This document shows positions 4,439 to 5,094 of a stretch of 5,094 nt of DNA, piece by piece. The stretch comes from Candidatus Nanopusillus sp. (GTDB lineage Archaea; Nanobdellota; Nanobdellia; Nanobdellales; Nanobdellaceae): the NCBI GenBank assembly GCA_028275775.1, contig JAPWTZ010000025.1:1-5094 (forward strand). Reading direction: 5' to 3'. The notes under the pieces were generated by a model. The model was not told the origin of the DNA, did not search any database, and saw nothing but the letters and a program-made list of their open reading frames with translations. Each line of letters opens with the position of its first letter. Position 1 is the stretch's first letter. A program made the translations under genes and the position numbers.

Positions 4439-5094
4439 ATGAATATTGATTGGAGTTCTTTATGGAAGAAAGAAGATTGGTGGGCTTTATGGATTTCTTT
4501 AATTATTCTTATACTAAGTATATATTCTTTTTTTGGATGGTTACCAAAAGTTAATATATGGATAAATCCTTCTAATATTATTACAACAATTTTTACTCAA
4601 TATAATTATTTAGGAATATTTTCTATATTTCTCTTATATATATTTACTTTATTTATTCTCTCAATAGGCGCAAGATTTATGAATATTAATTTAAGAGATT
4701 TTATAGTAAGTTATACATTCATTTTCTTTGTTTCTTATTTTATTTGGATCCTAGGACATTATGCTTATATATCAGCAACACCAGATCTTTGGAATGAACT
4801 TGGAATTAAATGGTCTTTAGGATTAACTGGTGATATTGGATATATATTTTCATTAATTCTTGGATTATTAATTTCAAATTTTACTAAAAATATACCAAAA
4901 TCATTACAGGCAGCTTCAAATTCTTTTTGGTATGTAAAAATAGGAATTATATTATTGGGGATATCATTAGGAATAGATATTGTAAAAAATTTTAGTTTTG
5001 CTTTAAATTTAATAGATAAAATATTTTTATTTTCATTAATATATATATTTTCTGCATGGGCAATTTCATACTTTATATCAAAAAAATTAAAATT
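4439..5094 (+). CDS. Polytopic membrane protein resembling the YeiH/UPF0324 'putative sulfate exporter' family. It is partial because the C-terminus lies beyond the right window edge.
   Basis: I translated by hand from the ATG at 4439. The frame stays open to the window end (218 codons): MNIDWSSLWKKEDWWALWISLIILILSIYSFFGWLPKVNIWINPSNIITTIFTQYNYLGIFSIFLLYIFTLFILSIGARFMNINLRDFIVSYTFIFFVSYFIWILGHYAYISATPDLWNELGIKWSLGLTGDIGYIFSLILGLLISNFTKNIPKSLQAASNSFWYVKIGIILLGISLGIDIVKNFSFALNLIDKIFLFSLIYIFSAWAISYFISKKLK. The segment SLILGLLISN...YVKIGIILLGISLGIDIV parallels E. coli YeiH LAILLGMVLGN...LLRLGIILYGFRLTFSQI as I recall it. The ORF is absent from the track because it has no in-window stop. Confidence 0.55.
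   Translation, partial: MNIDWSSLWKKEDWWALWISLIILILSIYSFFGWLPKVNIWINPSNIITTIFTQYNYLGIFSIFLLYIFTLFILSIGARFMNINLRDFIVSYTFIFFVSYFIWILGHYAYISATPDLWNELGIKWSLGLTGDIGYIFSLILGLLISNFTKNIPKSLQAASNSFWYVKIGIILLGISLGIDIVKNFSFALNLIDKIFLFSLIYIFSAWAISYFISKKLK

Noticed and set aside
4413-4439. Alternative upstream start (ATG at 4413) for the right-edge membrane protein
   Set aside because: It is in a different frame from the long ORF and hits a TAA after 8 codons (ATG AAA TTT TCT ATT AAC AGT TTA TAA). The ATG at 4439 opens the frame that continues to the window end.
1-5094. Search for tRNA or rRNA genes, CRISPR repeats, transposase or integrase genes and terminal inverted repeats
   Set aside because: No GC-rich structured segments typical of archaeal stable RNAs are present. 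There are no regularly spaced direct repeats of 24-40 nt. No ORF shows DDE, tyrosine or serine recombinase motifs. The only GC-rich patch (1908-1975) is clearly coding.

Overview
Very AT-rich window. A hand count of 3001-3060 gives 11 G+C in 60 nt. The gene organisation looks archaeal: no Shine-Dalgarno motifs, and A/T-rich TATA-like boxes start about 29-31 nt upstream of most ATGs, which implies leaderless mRNAs. I support seven protein-coding genes. Two run off the window edges and are missing from the ORF track: (1) <1..431 (-), a T4 endonuclease V-type pyrimidine-dimer DNA glycosylase, and (7) 4439..>5094 (+), a YeiH/UPF0324-like membrane transporter. The others are (2) 663..1031 (+), a small 4-TM membrane protein; (3) 1112..1753 (+), an HTH protein with a long unbroken C-terminal coiled coil; (4) 1908..2879 (+), a twin-arginine-signal, Thr-linker, Asn-rich orphan surface protein; (5) 2904..3914 (+), a twin-arginine-signal protein with GH5/clan GH-A-like catalytic motifs; and (6) 3928..4359 (-), a half-size 5-TM EamA/DMT transporter. 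I see no tRNA, rRNA, CRISPR array, transposase or integrase. The most interesting part is the same-strand block 663-3914: membrane protein, HTH-coiled-coil protein, then two cysteine-poor Tat-signal envelope proteins. It may be an uncharacterised envelope or glycan-associated module. That functional link is inference from adjacency and motifs only.
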